Shown in pieces: positions 34,898 through 44,610 of a stretch of 64,000 nucleotides of DNA (position 1 is the stretch's first letter; every line of letters starts with the position of its first letter). A program made the translations under genes and the position numbers. Origin of the DNA: an uncultured Eubacteriales bacterium. Its GTDB lineage: Bacteria; Bacillota; Clostridia; Lachnospirales; Lachnospiraceae. The notes beneath the pieces were generated by a model. That model worked only from the letters and a program-made list of their open reading frames with translations, searched no databases and was not told the DNA's origin. The DNA is taken from positions 2,306-66,305 of the forward strand of contig CASEML010000051.1 in the NCBI GenBank assembly GCA_949289145.1, given 5' to 3'.

Positions 34898-36400
34898 ATG
34901 AGATTAAAAAAATTAACTGCAATCTTTACTGCTGTTGCTATGTGTTTTTCTACTTTTGTAACAGCAAATGCTACCGAAACTACTTATTCTGAGGAAGCTT
35001 TGGCTCGTGCTGCTATTCCTATTGAAAGCAACGATATTGAAAACTGGCCGGATGGTCCGGTATGTTATGCCGAATCGGCTATTTTAATGGAAGCTTCCAC
35101 TGGAACCATTCTCTACGAAAAAAATTCTCACGAGCAGCTATATCCGGCAAGTATTACGAAAATTATGACCGGGCTTTTGGCAGTGGAAAATGCCTCCTTA
35201 GACGAAACCATAACCTTCTCCCACAACTCTGTTTTTGGTATTCCAAGCGGCAGCAGTATTGTTGGAGGCATCGATGAAGGCGACCAGTATTCTATGGAAT
35301 TTTGTCTTTATGGCCTTATGCTTTTGTCAGGAAATGAAACTGCCATAGCAATTGCAGAACATGTAGCAGGTACAACCCAAGCCTTTGCTGATATGATGAA
35401 CCAAAAAGCGGCGGACTTAGGATGCTTAAATACACACTTTGTAAATCCTCACGGGCTTCACGATCCTAATCACTATACATCCGCTTATGATATGGCTTTA
35501 ATTGCTCAGGCAGCATTACAGAATCCAGATATGAAAAAAGTCATGTGTACTGCTACATATGACTTTCCGCCCACCTCTAAAGGTGAAATTCGCTATGACA
35601 ACAGAAACCATCATAAAATGATGGAAGGCGGAACCTATGAATATGACGGTTGTATTGGCGGTAAAACCGGTTACACCTCAGATGCCGGTCAAACGCTGGT
35701 TACCGTTGCAGAACGTGACGGCATGACATTGATCTGTGTAGTTTTAAAAGAAGACAAGCCTTGCCACTGGACAGATACTGCCACTTTGTTAGATTATGGT
35801 TTTCAGAATTTTCAGAAACTGAATATTTCTGAACATGAAAAAGACTTTTCCATTGATAATGCCAATTTCTTTCAAACAGAAAGCAATATTTTTGGAAACA
35901 CTAATCCTTTAATCGAAGTAAATAAATCAGGCAGTATTATTATTCCAAAAAACGCTGCTTTTGAAGAAGCAACACCCACATTAAATTTTGACAAAGCCAA
36001 TGAATCCGCCAATATTGTGGCAACTCTTGATTATTCTTTTCATAACCATTTTGTGGGGTATACAACTATTGATTTGGTAAAAAGTGATGAGAAAGCGTTC
36101 CAGTTTTCCGCTAATTCTTCCTCCATGGAAGACGGAGATTCTGTTGCTATTGATACAGAAAACAACACAGTAACTGTAGAAAAAAAACAGGATACAAATA
36201 ATAAAGTGTTTCTTTTCCTGCTGATCGGAATTATAGTTCTTGTACTGTTAGCCATGATCACTATATTGATTTTAAAGAAATTTAACTTTTTCTCCGGCTT
36301 TAATAAAAATTATATGGGCGAAAAATTAAAACCAGAAAAGAAAAGTTCTCGTTCGAAACGGAAAAAATATCCATCTAAATACAGGAATTTAAAATTTTAA
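34898..36400 (+). CDS. D-alanyl-D-alanine carboxypeptidase (S11 PBP5-type) with a C-terminal TM anchor
   Basis: Signal peptide; SITKIMT (SxxK), SGNE (SxN) and KTGYT (KTG); C-terminal TM segment FLFLLIGIIVLVLLAMITILIL. Confidence 0.88.
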   Translation: MRLKKLTAIFTAVAMCFSTFVTANATETTYSEEALARAAIPIESNDIENWPDGPVCYAESAILMEASTGTILYEKNSHEQLYPASITKIMTGLLAVENASLDETITFSHNSVFGIPSGSSIVGGIDEGDQYSMEFCLYGLMLLSGNETAIAIAEHVAGTTQAFADMMNQKAADLGCLNTHFVNPHGLHDPNHYTSAYDMALIAQAALQNPDMKKVMCTATYDFPPTSKGEIRYDNRNHHKMMEGGTYEYDGCIGGKTGYTSDAGQTLVTVAERDGMTLICVVLKEDKPCHWTDTATLLDYGFQNFQKLNISEHEKDFSIDNANFFQTESNIFGNTNPLIEVNKSGSIIIPKNAAFEEATPTLNFDKANESANIVATLDYSFHNHFVGYTTIDLVKSDEKAFQFSANSSSMEDGDSVAIDTENNTVTVEKKQDTNNKVFLFLLIGIIVLVLLAMITILILKKFNFFSGFNKNYMGEKLKPEKKSSRSKRKKYPSKYRNLKF

Positions 36401-36414
36401 TTTATAAATGTTAT

Positions 36415-36450
36415 ATAAAACGCCGCGGCAAAAAGCTGCGGCGTTTTATA
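36415..36450. terminator. Bidirectional terminator between convergent genes
   Basis: Stem ACGCCGC(36420-26)/GCGGCGT(36438-44), flanked by A-rich sequence on the left and T-rich sequence on the right. Confidence 0.65.
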
Positions 36451-36493
36451 TAAAAAAATTTCACTTTACTAAAATCACATTATCGGACCTGCT

Positions 36494-38272
36494 TTAGCTA
36501 TAATAAAGTTTCGAATAGAAGGAATCCCAAGATAAAAGTTCCTGATGGGTTCCCATTTCGATAATATCTCCATCTTTCATTACAAGAATCAAATCTGCAT
36601 TTTGGATGGTAGACAGACGGTGGGCAATAATAAAGCTGGTACGGTTCTTCATCAATTCCGCCAGTGCCTTTTGAATTCGCTGTTCAGTAATGGTATCAAT
36701 GCTGGATGTGGCTTCATCTAAAATCATTACATTAGGATTGGCAAGGGCAGCTCTGGCAATGGTTAAAAGCTGCTGCTGCCCTTGTGACAAGACGCTTTGC
36801 TCACTGGAGATTACCGTATCATATCCTTCTGGAAGTGTACGGATAAAACTATCGCATTGAGCCAGCTTGGCAGCAGCTACGATTTCCTCGCGACTGGCAT
36901 CCTTTTTTCCATAAGCAATATTTTCGGCAACTGTTCCGCAAAACAGCCAAGTATCTTGGAGTACCATACCAAACAGGCTTCGTAAATGCTGCCTTGTCAT
37001 TTGCGCTGTACTTTTTCCATCAAACAATATCATTCCGCCATTGACCTCATAAAACCTCATGAGCAGATTTACCAATGTGGTTTTTCCTGCCCCTGTAGAG
37101 CCCACAACAGCAATTGTCTGATTTGTTTTTGCCACAAAATTTACGTCCTTCATCAACGTTTTGCCAGGAACATAACCAAAGCTGACATGATGAAATTCAA
37201 TCTCACCTTTCGGGTTTTCTATCACAACCGGCTCCGCAGGATCTTCTAATTCTTCCTGTGCTTCCATGATTTCATACACACGGTCTAATGACGCCAGTGC
37301 CGCCTGCAGGGAATTCAACACAAAGGAAAATTGAGTGACAGGCTCGGACACCTGGCTTACATACTGCAAATATGCCTGAACTACACCCAAGGTAATATTT
37401 CCACGAATAACCATAACCGCCCCCAAAACGGCACTCAAAATAAAAGCAAACTGGCTGATAATTCGAATGACCGGGTAGATTACATAGTTCATAAACTGCG
37501 CCTTCAAGTGTGCCTTGTACTGCTTTTGATTGACCTCCCTGATTCTTTCCGTACAAACTGCCTGTGTATTAAATGCCTTTATCAGCATAGCGCCGCTGTA
37601 AAGTTCTTCCGTTACTGCATTGTAATCTGCAAGAGTGGATAGATTTTGGGAGAAAGCTTTCTGACTCTTTTGGGAAATAAAATAGGTAGATGCCATGCTG
37701 ATTGCCAGCACCACCAGCACAATTCCTGTCAACTTGGGGCTAATTACCAGCATGATGCTTATACCAAAAATTAAATCAAAGAAAGCCAACATAAACTGGT
37801 TAAAACCAATTAGCAGAATTTCCGAAATTTTATCTATATCCGTGCTAGTAATGCTCAATACCGTACCTACCTTGGTTTTATCATAAAACTGCAGAGGCAG
37901 CTTGGTCAGCTTGTGACTTAATTGTTCACGCAGATATAAAGATGTTTTTTCGCTCACATCCGCCATAATCCGTTCCGCCATATAGGAGAAAAAATAAGAC
38001 AATATGGCCGCAATGACAATCAGGATAATTGGCTGCCCAATAGCCTCAATTATCTCTTTAAATGTAATTTCTAAATGAGAGCCTGTGCTGATGAGAGCTA
38101 CAATATTATCAATGGCATTTCCCATAAACCAAGGCATAGCCGTATAGAGAAAGCTGCCTACAATACAGGCAAACATAACAAGTATCAATTTCCACTTCTG
38201 ATCTTTCAGCAAATGGATAAACAGGTATATCGAATGAGCGTATTGGCATGCCGATTTTCTTTTATCTGACAT
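36494..38272 (-). CDS. ABC exporter, fused permease/ATPase (heterodimer partner B)
   Basis: Six-TM N-domain; GSTGAGKTT, LSQGQQQLL and MILDEATS. Confidence 0.9.
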   Translation of the reverse strand: MSDKRKSACQYAHSIYLFIHLLKDQKWKLILVMFACIVGSFLYTAMPWFMGNAIDNIVALISTGSHLEITFKEIIEAIGQPIILIVIAAILSYFFSYMAERIMADVSEKTSLYLREQLSHKLTKLPLQFYDKTKVGTVLSITSTDIDKISEILLIGFNQFMLAFFDLIFGISIMLVISPKLTGIVLVVLAISMASTYFISQKSQKAFSQNLSTLADYNAVTEELYSGAMLIKAFNTQAVCTERIREVNQKQYKAHLKAQFMNYVIYPVIRIISQFAFILSAVLGAVMVIRGNITLGVVQAYLQYVSQVSEPVTQFSFVLNSLQAALASLDRVYEIMEAQEELEDPAEPVVIENPKGEIEFHHVSFGYVPGKTLMKDVNFVAKTNQTIAVVGSTGAGKTTLVNLLMRFYEVNGGMILFDGKSTAQMTRQHLRSLFGMVLQDTWLFCGTVAENIAYGKKDASREEIVAAAKLAQCDSFIRTLPEGYDTVISSEQSVLSQGQQQLLTIARAALANPNVMILDEATSSIDTITEQRIQKALAELMKNRTSFIIAHRLSTIQNADLILVMKDGDIIEMGTHQELLSWDSFYSKLYYS

Positions 38273-38274
38273 TT

Positions 38275-40008
38275 TTATGACCTCCCTCCATATTGCTGGG
38301 AACGGGCAAATTCCCGATAGACTGCATTGCCCTCCATCAATTCCTGATGGGTTCCCTTACCAACCATTTTACCCTGATCCAAAACGATGATTTCATCAGC
38401 CTCCATAATACTGGATAATTTTTGAGCAATAATGAGCACTGCTGCATCATGCAGATTTTCTTTCATAGCTTTTCGCACCATCGCATCCGTCCGGTTATCC
38501 AAAGCGGAAAAGCTGTCATCAAATACATAGACATCTGCTGTTTTTGCCAAGGCTCTGGCAATACAAAGCCGCTGTTTTTGTCCACCAGAAAAGTTGGTGC
38601 CGCCCCGTGCGACTCTTGAATCATAACCGTCTTTCAGTGCGGAAACAAAACCGTCCGCCTGAGCAATAACAGCTGCTTTTTGCATTTGCTGATCGGAAAT
38701 ATCTTCACTCCCACACTTTAAGTTATCCCGCACAGTACCACTAAACAAAAAGGCTGTCTGCGACACATAGCTAATATGGTCCCGAAGAAACTGCTGGGAC
38801 ATTTCCTTAATATTGATGCCTCCCAAACGAATAGCTCCGCCCTGAATATCCTCAAAGCGTAAAAGAATCTTTGCAACGGTACTCTTTCCGGAAGCCGTTG
38901 CACCGATTACTGCTACTGTCTGACCTCGTTTACAGCTAAAGCTGATACCTTCCAACACCGCTTTTTCCGCTCCCGGATATTGGAACGTGACATTTTCAAA
39001 CTGCACCAACTCCTCCACTGTTTTGTCATATTCTCCATCTTTTACATTATCCACATCTACAAGACAAGTCTGCTGCTCTAAAACCTTTTGAATTCTTGTC
39101 AATGAAGCCACCGCACGAGGAATTTTTACCGTAACTAACGCTCCGGACAACAGCTGCAAAAGGGAAAGCGTCACATATTCAATTACAGCAGTAACAGCAC
39201 CTATTTTAATGGTACCGGAAGTCACCTTAAAAGACCCAAACCACAAAATAGCCGCCATCACAAGTCCTAAAATTAAAAAAGCGGTAGGACTGACAAAGGC
39301 AAAGCGCCGATTAATTGCAATCATATTGTCCGCGTATGCGGCAAAGGTATCGTTGGTACGTCCTTCTTCATAGCTGCTGTTATCAAAGGCACGTATAATT
39401 TTTACGCCTCTAAATACCTCCCGCAGTTTTGTGACCATCCTGTCAATCCTGTCCTGAATGGCTTTCATGTTGTGGATAGATTTGTAAAATACAAACGCCA
39501 CAGTGCAAAAAAACAGAAAGATAACAAGTGCCACGATAAATGCCAGCTCCCTCGAAACATTCCATGTCATAATCACTGCGACCACACCAATGAAGGGACC
39601 GGGAAGAATCATTTGAATCAGCATCACCATTACCTGCTGTACATTAGCAACATCGCCGCTTCCCCTAGCGGCAAGGGTGGCGGGACCATATTGTTTTTGC
39701 TCCTCCAATGTAAAATTCTGAATGTGCAGATACAACTTTTCTCTGATATCAGCACCAAACAATGAGGACAGCTTTGCTGTCAAATAAGTGCAGATAATAG
39801 AAACCACTGCACCGATTGCCGAGGACAACATCATTTTTAAAGCAATCCATAAAACTACTTCGATCTGATTGCTGGCAATTCCCTTGTCTACAATTTCTTT
39901 AGTGAAAAAGGGAATCAGAAGAATACAAATGGTCTGCAGCAGCAAAAAAAATAACGTAAAGAAGAAGAGCCCTATGTTCTTTTTCAAAAACATACATAAT
40001 ATTTTCAT
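38275..40008 (-). CDS. ABC exporter, fused permease/ATPase (heterodimer partner A)
   Basis: TM N-domain; GATASGKST, FSGGQKQRL and YVFDDSFSALD. Its stop is 2 nt from the next gene. Confidence 0.9.
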   Translation of the reverse strand: MKILCMFLKKNIGLFFFTLFFLLLQTICILLIPFFTKEIVDKGIASNQIEVVLWIALKMMLSSAIGAVVSIICTYLTAKLSSLFGADIREKLYLHIQNFTLEEQKQYGPATLAARGSGDVANVQQVMVMLIQMILPGPFIGVVAVIMTWNVSRELAFIVALVIFLFFCTVAFVFYKSIHNMKAIQDRIDRMVTKLREVFRGVKIIRAFDNSSYEEGRTNDTFAAYADNMIAINRRFAFVSPTAFLILGLVMAAILWFGSFKVTSGTIKIGAVTAVIEYVTLSLLQLLSGALVTVKIPRAVASLTRIQKVLEQQTCLVDVDNVKDGEYDKTVEELVQFENVTFQYPGAEKAVLEGISFSCKRGQTVAVIGATASGKSTVAKILLRFEDIQGGAIRLGGINIKEMSQQFLRDHISYVSQTAFLFSGTVRDNLKCGSEDISDQQMQKAAVIAQADGFVSALKDGYDSRVARGGTNFSGGQKQRLCIARALAKTADVYVFDDSFSALDNRTDAMVRKAMKENLHDAAVLIIAQKLSSIMEADEIIVLDQGKMVGKGTHQELMEGNAVYREFARSQQYGGRS

Positions 40009-40071
40009 AACTGTTAAAACTCCTTTTGACCTTAAAATTAATTTGCCAACCTAAGAAATATATTTCCATTT

Positions 40072-40132
40072 TTATAAAAAAATAAGCGTCGATTTCGTAT
40101 CTTCTTTGGCCTAACGATACGAAATCAACGCT
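40072..40132 (-). terminator. Terminator ending the pilus/exonuclease operon
   Basis: 17-bp stem AGCGTCGATTTCGTATC(40085-40101)/GATACGAAATCAACGCT(40116-40132) with one mismatch, followed on the minus strand by TTATTTTTTTAT. Confidence 0.7.
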
Positions 40133-40224
40133 AAAAACTTCCCCGGCGGCAAGTAAAGTATATGCATATAACTTTATTAATATAATATAAGCACACTTAC
40201 CTTATTAAGTCAAGCCGCTTTTCT

Positions 40225-41184
40225 CTACGGCGTTTGATGCTTTCTTTTTTCCCTCCTCTTTTTCCTTACTTCTTCCTGTTTTTTCTTTATTATGGATGCA
40301 TCTTCCTCTGATACCAGCTTCAATGTTTTTATTACATAAAAACTTCCTTCTTCCGCCTTTTTCATCCGAATTTTTCCTTTCAGAAATCCATGATTTTCAC
40401 AATATGCCTGACAATAGTACATTTTTCCGTTTCCCGAAAACCATCGGATTTTTTTTCTGGCATTTTTGCCGCAAAGATAACATCTGGTGCTGGCAACCTC
40501 CCGGTCTGCCATGGCAGTCTCCTTGCTTGAAAATTCTCTGGAAATGTATTTAGAATAACTTTCAAACACAGCGTATACTTCACTCTTTTTATCTTTTGGA
40601 CGCCTAAAAGTATCAATAGAATAATACCGTTCCATATCTGAATAACTCATTTGCTGCATAATCCGCATGGTATACATGGCATCTTCCCCCGCTCTGTGAA
40701 AAGCTGCTGTCTTTAATATGTGCAGATAATCTACTGCATACTCTAAAGAACGCCTTGCTTTGGCATCTTCCTCAAAAATAATGGAAAAGACTTTCTGAAT
40801 ATCATAAAATTTAAATGGTCCCTGTGCCAGCGGTTCTAATCCATAAAATTTCATATTTCGCTGTAATTCTATCAAATCTGTAGCTCCCCAGGTACAAAAA
40901 ATATAATCTTCACCACACCATTCTAAAAACTCTTTCATCACCTGAATAAAACTCTGACCCTTACTTAGTTCCTTCATTGTAATGCAAAGCATACTTCGAG
41001 TATAACGATGAAACTCTTTATATACAGCAGGACGAATCAAACGTGTAAATTCTCCCACACACTCCTTTTTGCTATTCAGTTTCATCGCACCAATTTCTAT
41101 GATTTCGAACGGGAGTGCTTTATTTTCTAATTCCTTTCCGTAAGGACATTGATTCCATTCTAAATCCAATACGATATAGTTCAT
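40225..41184 (-). CDS. DEDDh 3'-5' exonuclease (DnaQ/ERI-1/KapD-like) with a Cys-rich, basic C-terminal extension
   Basis: IVLDLEWNQ (Exo I) and HRAGEDAMYT (Exo III, H-x4-D). The C-terminus has CYLCGKN...YYCQAYCENH followed by KKKQEEVRKKRREKRKH. Confidence 0.8.
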   Translation of the reverse strand: MNYIVLDLEWNQCPYGKELENKALPFEIIEIGAMKLNSKKECVGEFTRLIRPAVYKEFHRYTRSMLCITMKELSKGQSFIQVMKEFLEWCGEDYIFCTWGATDLIELQRNMKFYGLEPLAQGPFKFYDIQKVFSIIFEEDAKARRSLEYAVDYLHILKTAAFHRAGEDAMYTMRIMQQMSYSDMERYYSIDTFRRPKDKKSEVYAVFESYSKYISREFSSKETAMADREVASTRCYLCGKNARKKIRWFSGNGKMYYCQAYCENHGFLKGKIRMKKAEEGSFYVIKTLKLVSEEDASIIKKKQEEVRKKRREKRKHQTP

Positions 41185-41193
41185 ATAACCACC

Positions 41194-42102
41194 TTATTTT
41201 CTCTTTTTTGTTAATAGCAATCCGCATACAATAAGCAGAAGAATCGCACCTGCCCCAATATAAGGCACATAAGTTTCCAGCCAGATCTGTCTGGCAGAAG
41301 TGCTGCTTTCTTCTGTCTCCTGTATTTCTTCGGCTTGTACTTCCATAACTTCTTCCGTTTTATTTGGTTGTTCAGTGTTTTCACAACGCTCTCCATATAC
41401 TAAATATCTGTGGGTATTTTGGGTATATGGATGACAAGTTAAAAGTGTTATCTTATCTTTCCCTTCTTCGATAAGAATTTGGTCAATTTCATCAGGAAGC
41501 ACAATCTTTGTTTCCGTAACCTGATAAGTCAAAACCTGAAAAGGTGTAGTGATTTCAATTCTATCACCAGGTTCTATCACCTCTATCTGGCGGAACATGG
41601 GTGTTCCCTGATATCCCCTGTGAGCCGCCACCACCACATTGGTATTTTCCCCACCTAAAGGCATAGAAGTTTCCCCTAAGATAGCTGCACCTTTTTTCAT
41701 ATTCTCACTGTCTGCTCCCAAATAAAGAGGCAGCTCCACTTCCATAGCCGGAATTCGTATGATACCGATCACATTACTGTCAAACCCATATTCTGTCAAA
41801 TCAAAAGAAGGCATTTCATAATCAAAAGGATCCTTTAAATTTTCCTGTCCTTCTTTATAAATTCTTTGATTGTACTCCTGCATATCACAATAAAGCTGTT
41901 CCAGATTTTCCTGAGAAACCTCTGTCTCCTCCTGCTGCTCTATATCTTCCTCCTGTACTACTGCCAGCTCTTTTTTAAATTCCTCTATAGCTTTCTGTTG
42001 GCGGTTTAATGCATACCACTCTGTTATCTTTGGATAAAGAAATACGCCTAATCCACAAAGAAACAATATAACCATGGCAAACTGAAGTACTTTTCGTTTC
42101 AT
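41194..42102 (-). CDS. Class C (pilin-polymerising) sortase
   Basis: N-terminal TM; VVAAHRG (His), TLLTCHPY (TLxTC) and VYGER (Arg); C-terminal TM plus KKRK. Confidence 0.88.
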   Translation of the reverse strand: MKRKVLQFAMVILFLCGLGVFLYPKITEWYALNRQQKAIEEFKKELAVVQEEDIEQQEETEVSQENLEQLYCDMQEYNQRIYKEGQENLKDPFDYEMPSFDLTEYGFDSNVIGIIRIPAMEVELPLYLGADSENMKKGAAILGETSMPLGGENTNVVVAAHRGYQGTPMFRQIEVIEPGDRIEITTPFQVLTYQVTETKIVLPDEIDQILIEEGKDKITLLTCHPYTQNTHRYLVYGERCENTEQPNKTEEVMEVQAEEIQETEESSTSARQIWLETYVPYIGAGAILLLIVCGLLLTKKRK

Positions 42103-42111
42103 AGTATCCTC

Positions 42112-44610
42112 CTAAAATGCTTTCCAGTAATAAAACAGCAGTTTTTTTCCTTTTTTCAATCCGGCTGCTGCCTGTTTTACAAGTGCTTCATACATGGCAA
42201 GAGAAAATTCTATATCCTCTTTTGTAATAACTTTCTGACCATAATGTACCTGCAGCACCAAATCCATATAGCGGGATAAGGTTTCTATATCTAATTTAGG
42301 ATACAGTCTGCTTACTTCTTGTACAAACTCCTTGGTAGTAGTATCTATTTCCTTGGAAAATCCTAAAAACTGCAGCACCTGATAAAAACTGCAGAACACT
42401 TCCTTAATCTGCTGTTCCTTAGAAAATCCCGGTACCATTCCCCTTCTTTTTCTTCTCAGAAAACCATATCTTAAAGTCAGTGTTAATAAAACTATAACAA
42501 ATACCAGTACAATCATCAATACTTTTCCAAAAATGGCTGCATTTCCTGTCTGGTTTTGCTGGGCTTTTTTCTGTTCTTCTTCCTTATCCTGTTTTTCTTT
42601 TACCTGTTCCTGCTCCTTTAAATCCGCCTCAGATACTTCCATATCTACTACAGTTCCCGCAAATCCAGGAGTGGTTTCCACAGGTGTCCACCCATACTCA
42701 GGCATATAAATTTCCACCCACGCATGGGCATTTTCATTTTGCAGCAAGCAAGTATAAGTTCCATCACCATTTCCAATAAACAAACTAGAAGGAGCTGCAT
42801 ATCCCACCACATATCTGGCAGGAATACCGCACATCCTATACATCAGTACTGCAGCAGAAGCAAATGCAGTAGAATCTCCCCGCTTTTTTTCAGAAAAGAA
42901 GTAAGATACAAAATCTTCTCCCTTTGGCAGTTTCCACACTTCTGTGGTAAAGGTGCAATTACTCCATAAGGTACTTACAATAAATTGTTTTATATCGGAA
43001 TATTTCTCCTGTTCTATCACATTCAGCTGTTCCTCTGTCATTTCCTCGGTAATTTTACTGTTCCATTCCTCCCGCTTTTCCTTACAAAGCTCTGACAACT
43101 CTCCAAAGGCATTTTCATCTACCTGGGTATCTGCAGCATATACATAGCTGCCATAAGCCTCTAAAAGGTCATCCAACACGCTCTGAGAGGAATCTTGTGC
43201 TTTCCACCGTGAAATGGCACTCTGATATTCTTTCACTGGAAACCATGAATAAACATCTTCCTGCAATGTCTGTCCTGCCACAGCACCATCCCCCTCCATT
43301 ACGTAATAATCGTTTAGAAAGGTTTGATATGGCACATAGGTATAATTCACATTGGCATCCAAACGTTTTACAGACATTTCAATAGGACTGTTTAATCTGC
43401 TTCCGTCGTCCTCACCTAATATCTTCTGTGCATACAACATACGCAGAAAAGGCAAATTTTGAATATAGATGAATGAATTGTCTTGTATTTCCCAGTTTTT
43501 TACCGCATTTTCAAATTCTTTTGTATCCCGCGCTAACCATTGACTTCCTGTATACTCCGTTCCTATAAATCCTTTTAAATAAACAGTTTCCTGAGGCTTT
43601 CTGGAACAGGTCAGCTGTAATGCCTCTGTATTATCATAAGAAAACCCTGACACATCTCCTAAGTTTCCCTGAGATACACCGCCTCCTACACCTTCCATTG
43701 AAAAGCTTAATTTTCCTCCGGAAATTTTTGGAAGAATTTCATACAGCAGCTGCAAACCACTGACTTTCATGGGCGAAGCTACCTGAGAGACTTTTTCTAT
43801 AGTTATGGTTATCACCGGACGCAGTCCATAAAATGAAACCAGCATTAATATGGTTCCTATGAAAGCAAAACACAGGGTAAGACGAAGCTGAATTCTTCTG
43901 CTTACTTTTTTATTCTTACTAAATTCCTCTTCTTTTTCCACATACCAATATTTTTTCCGCACAGACATTCCTGCAAAAGAGGTAATGCTTAAAAATACCA
44001 GCAGCAGTAGTGCCAGAGAACTTTTAGAGGACCTTCCGCCCCCAAGTAAGGAAAACATAGCCAGCGGAAATGTCACAAAAATAAACTGTAAATTTTCCTG
44101 TTTTTCTATCATTCCCTTTGCCAGAAAAACACCCAGCCAGAAAAATAATACGCTGAGAAAATAAGTTCCTGTAGTTTCTCCTTGTGGAAATAGTTCAAGA
44201 CTGCCATTATAAGTATTATTTATCTGAAGGATTATGTCATTCATTACACTATAAAAACTGTCACGAATGATGGGTCCGGTAATAACAAACAATAACACAT
44301 TTACAAATAGCGCACCCGGAAATAAATACCGAAATGCAGATTTCTTATTTTCTCTTTCATAATACCATGTTAAAACTACGCTATAGAGACACAGCAACGG
44401 ATATAATACAAACACATTACAAGAAAAAGAATAACTAGAAATCACCATACCTGCCAACGATGCCATTGCCAAAAAAAGCACTGCTGCCCTTACCACAAAC
44501 ACTGCTTTTTCATTGAACTTTGACTGTTCTCGCTGCACTAACCTGCAGCGCACCACCTTTATGGCCTGATCTTCTTTTTCCTGCCTTTTTTTTATATTTC
44601 CAGTTTCCAT
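42112..44610 (-). CDS. Polytopic membrane protein with an extracytoplasmic transglutaminase-like core (TgpA-like), variant active site
   Basis: 832 aa with multiple N-terminal TM segments. The core reads KRGDSTAFASAAVLMYRMCGIPARYVVGY...NAHAWVEIYMPEYGWTPVETTP. One late TM segment is followed by a helical tail. Confidence 0.75.
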   Translation of the reverse strand: METGNIKKRQEKEDQAIKVVRCRLVQREQSKFNEKAVFVVRAAVLFLAMASLAGMVISSYSFSCNVFVLYPLLCLYSVVLTWYYERENKKSAFRYLFPGALFVNVLLFVITGPIIRDSFYSVMNDIILQINNTYNGSLELFPQGETTGTYFLSVLFFWLGVFLAKGMIEKQENLQFIFVTFPLAMFSLLGGGRSSKSSLALLLLVFLSITSFAGMSVRKKYWYVEKEEEFSKNKKVSRRIQLRLTLCFAFIGTILMLVSFYGLRPVITITIEKVSQVASPMKVSGLQLLYEILPKISGGKLSFSMEGVGGGVSQGNLGDVSGFSYDNTEALQLTCSRKPQETVYLKGFIGTEYTGSQWLARDTKEFENAVKNWEIQDNSFIYIQNLPFLRMLYAQKILGEDDGSRLNSPIEMSVKRLDANVNYTYVPYQTFLNDYYVMEGDGAVAGQTLQEDVYSWFPVKEYQSAISRWKAQDSSQSVLDDLLEAYGSYVYAADTQVDENAFGELSELCKEKREEWNSKITEEMTEEQLNVIEQEKYSDIKQFIVSTLWSNCTFTTEVWKLPKGEDFVSYFFSEKKRGDSTAFASAAVLMYRMCGIPARYVVGYAAPSSLFIGNGDGTYTCLLQNENAHAWVEIYMPEYGWTPVETTPGFAGTVVDMEVSEADLKEQEQVKEKQDKEEEQKKAQQNQTGNAAIFGKVLMIVLVFVIVLLTLTLRYGFLRRKRRGMVPGFSKEQQIKEVFCSFYQVLQFLGFSKEIDTTTKEFVQEVSRLYPKLDIETLSRYMDLVLQVHYGQKVITKEDIEFSLAMYEALVKQAAAGLKKGKKLLFYYWKAF

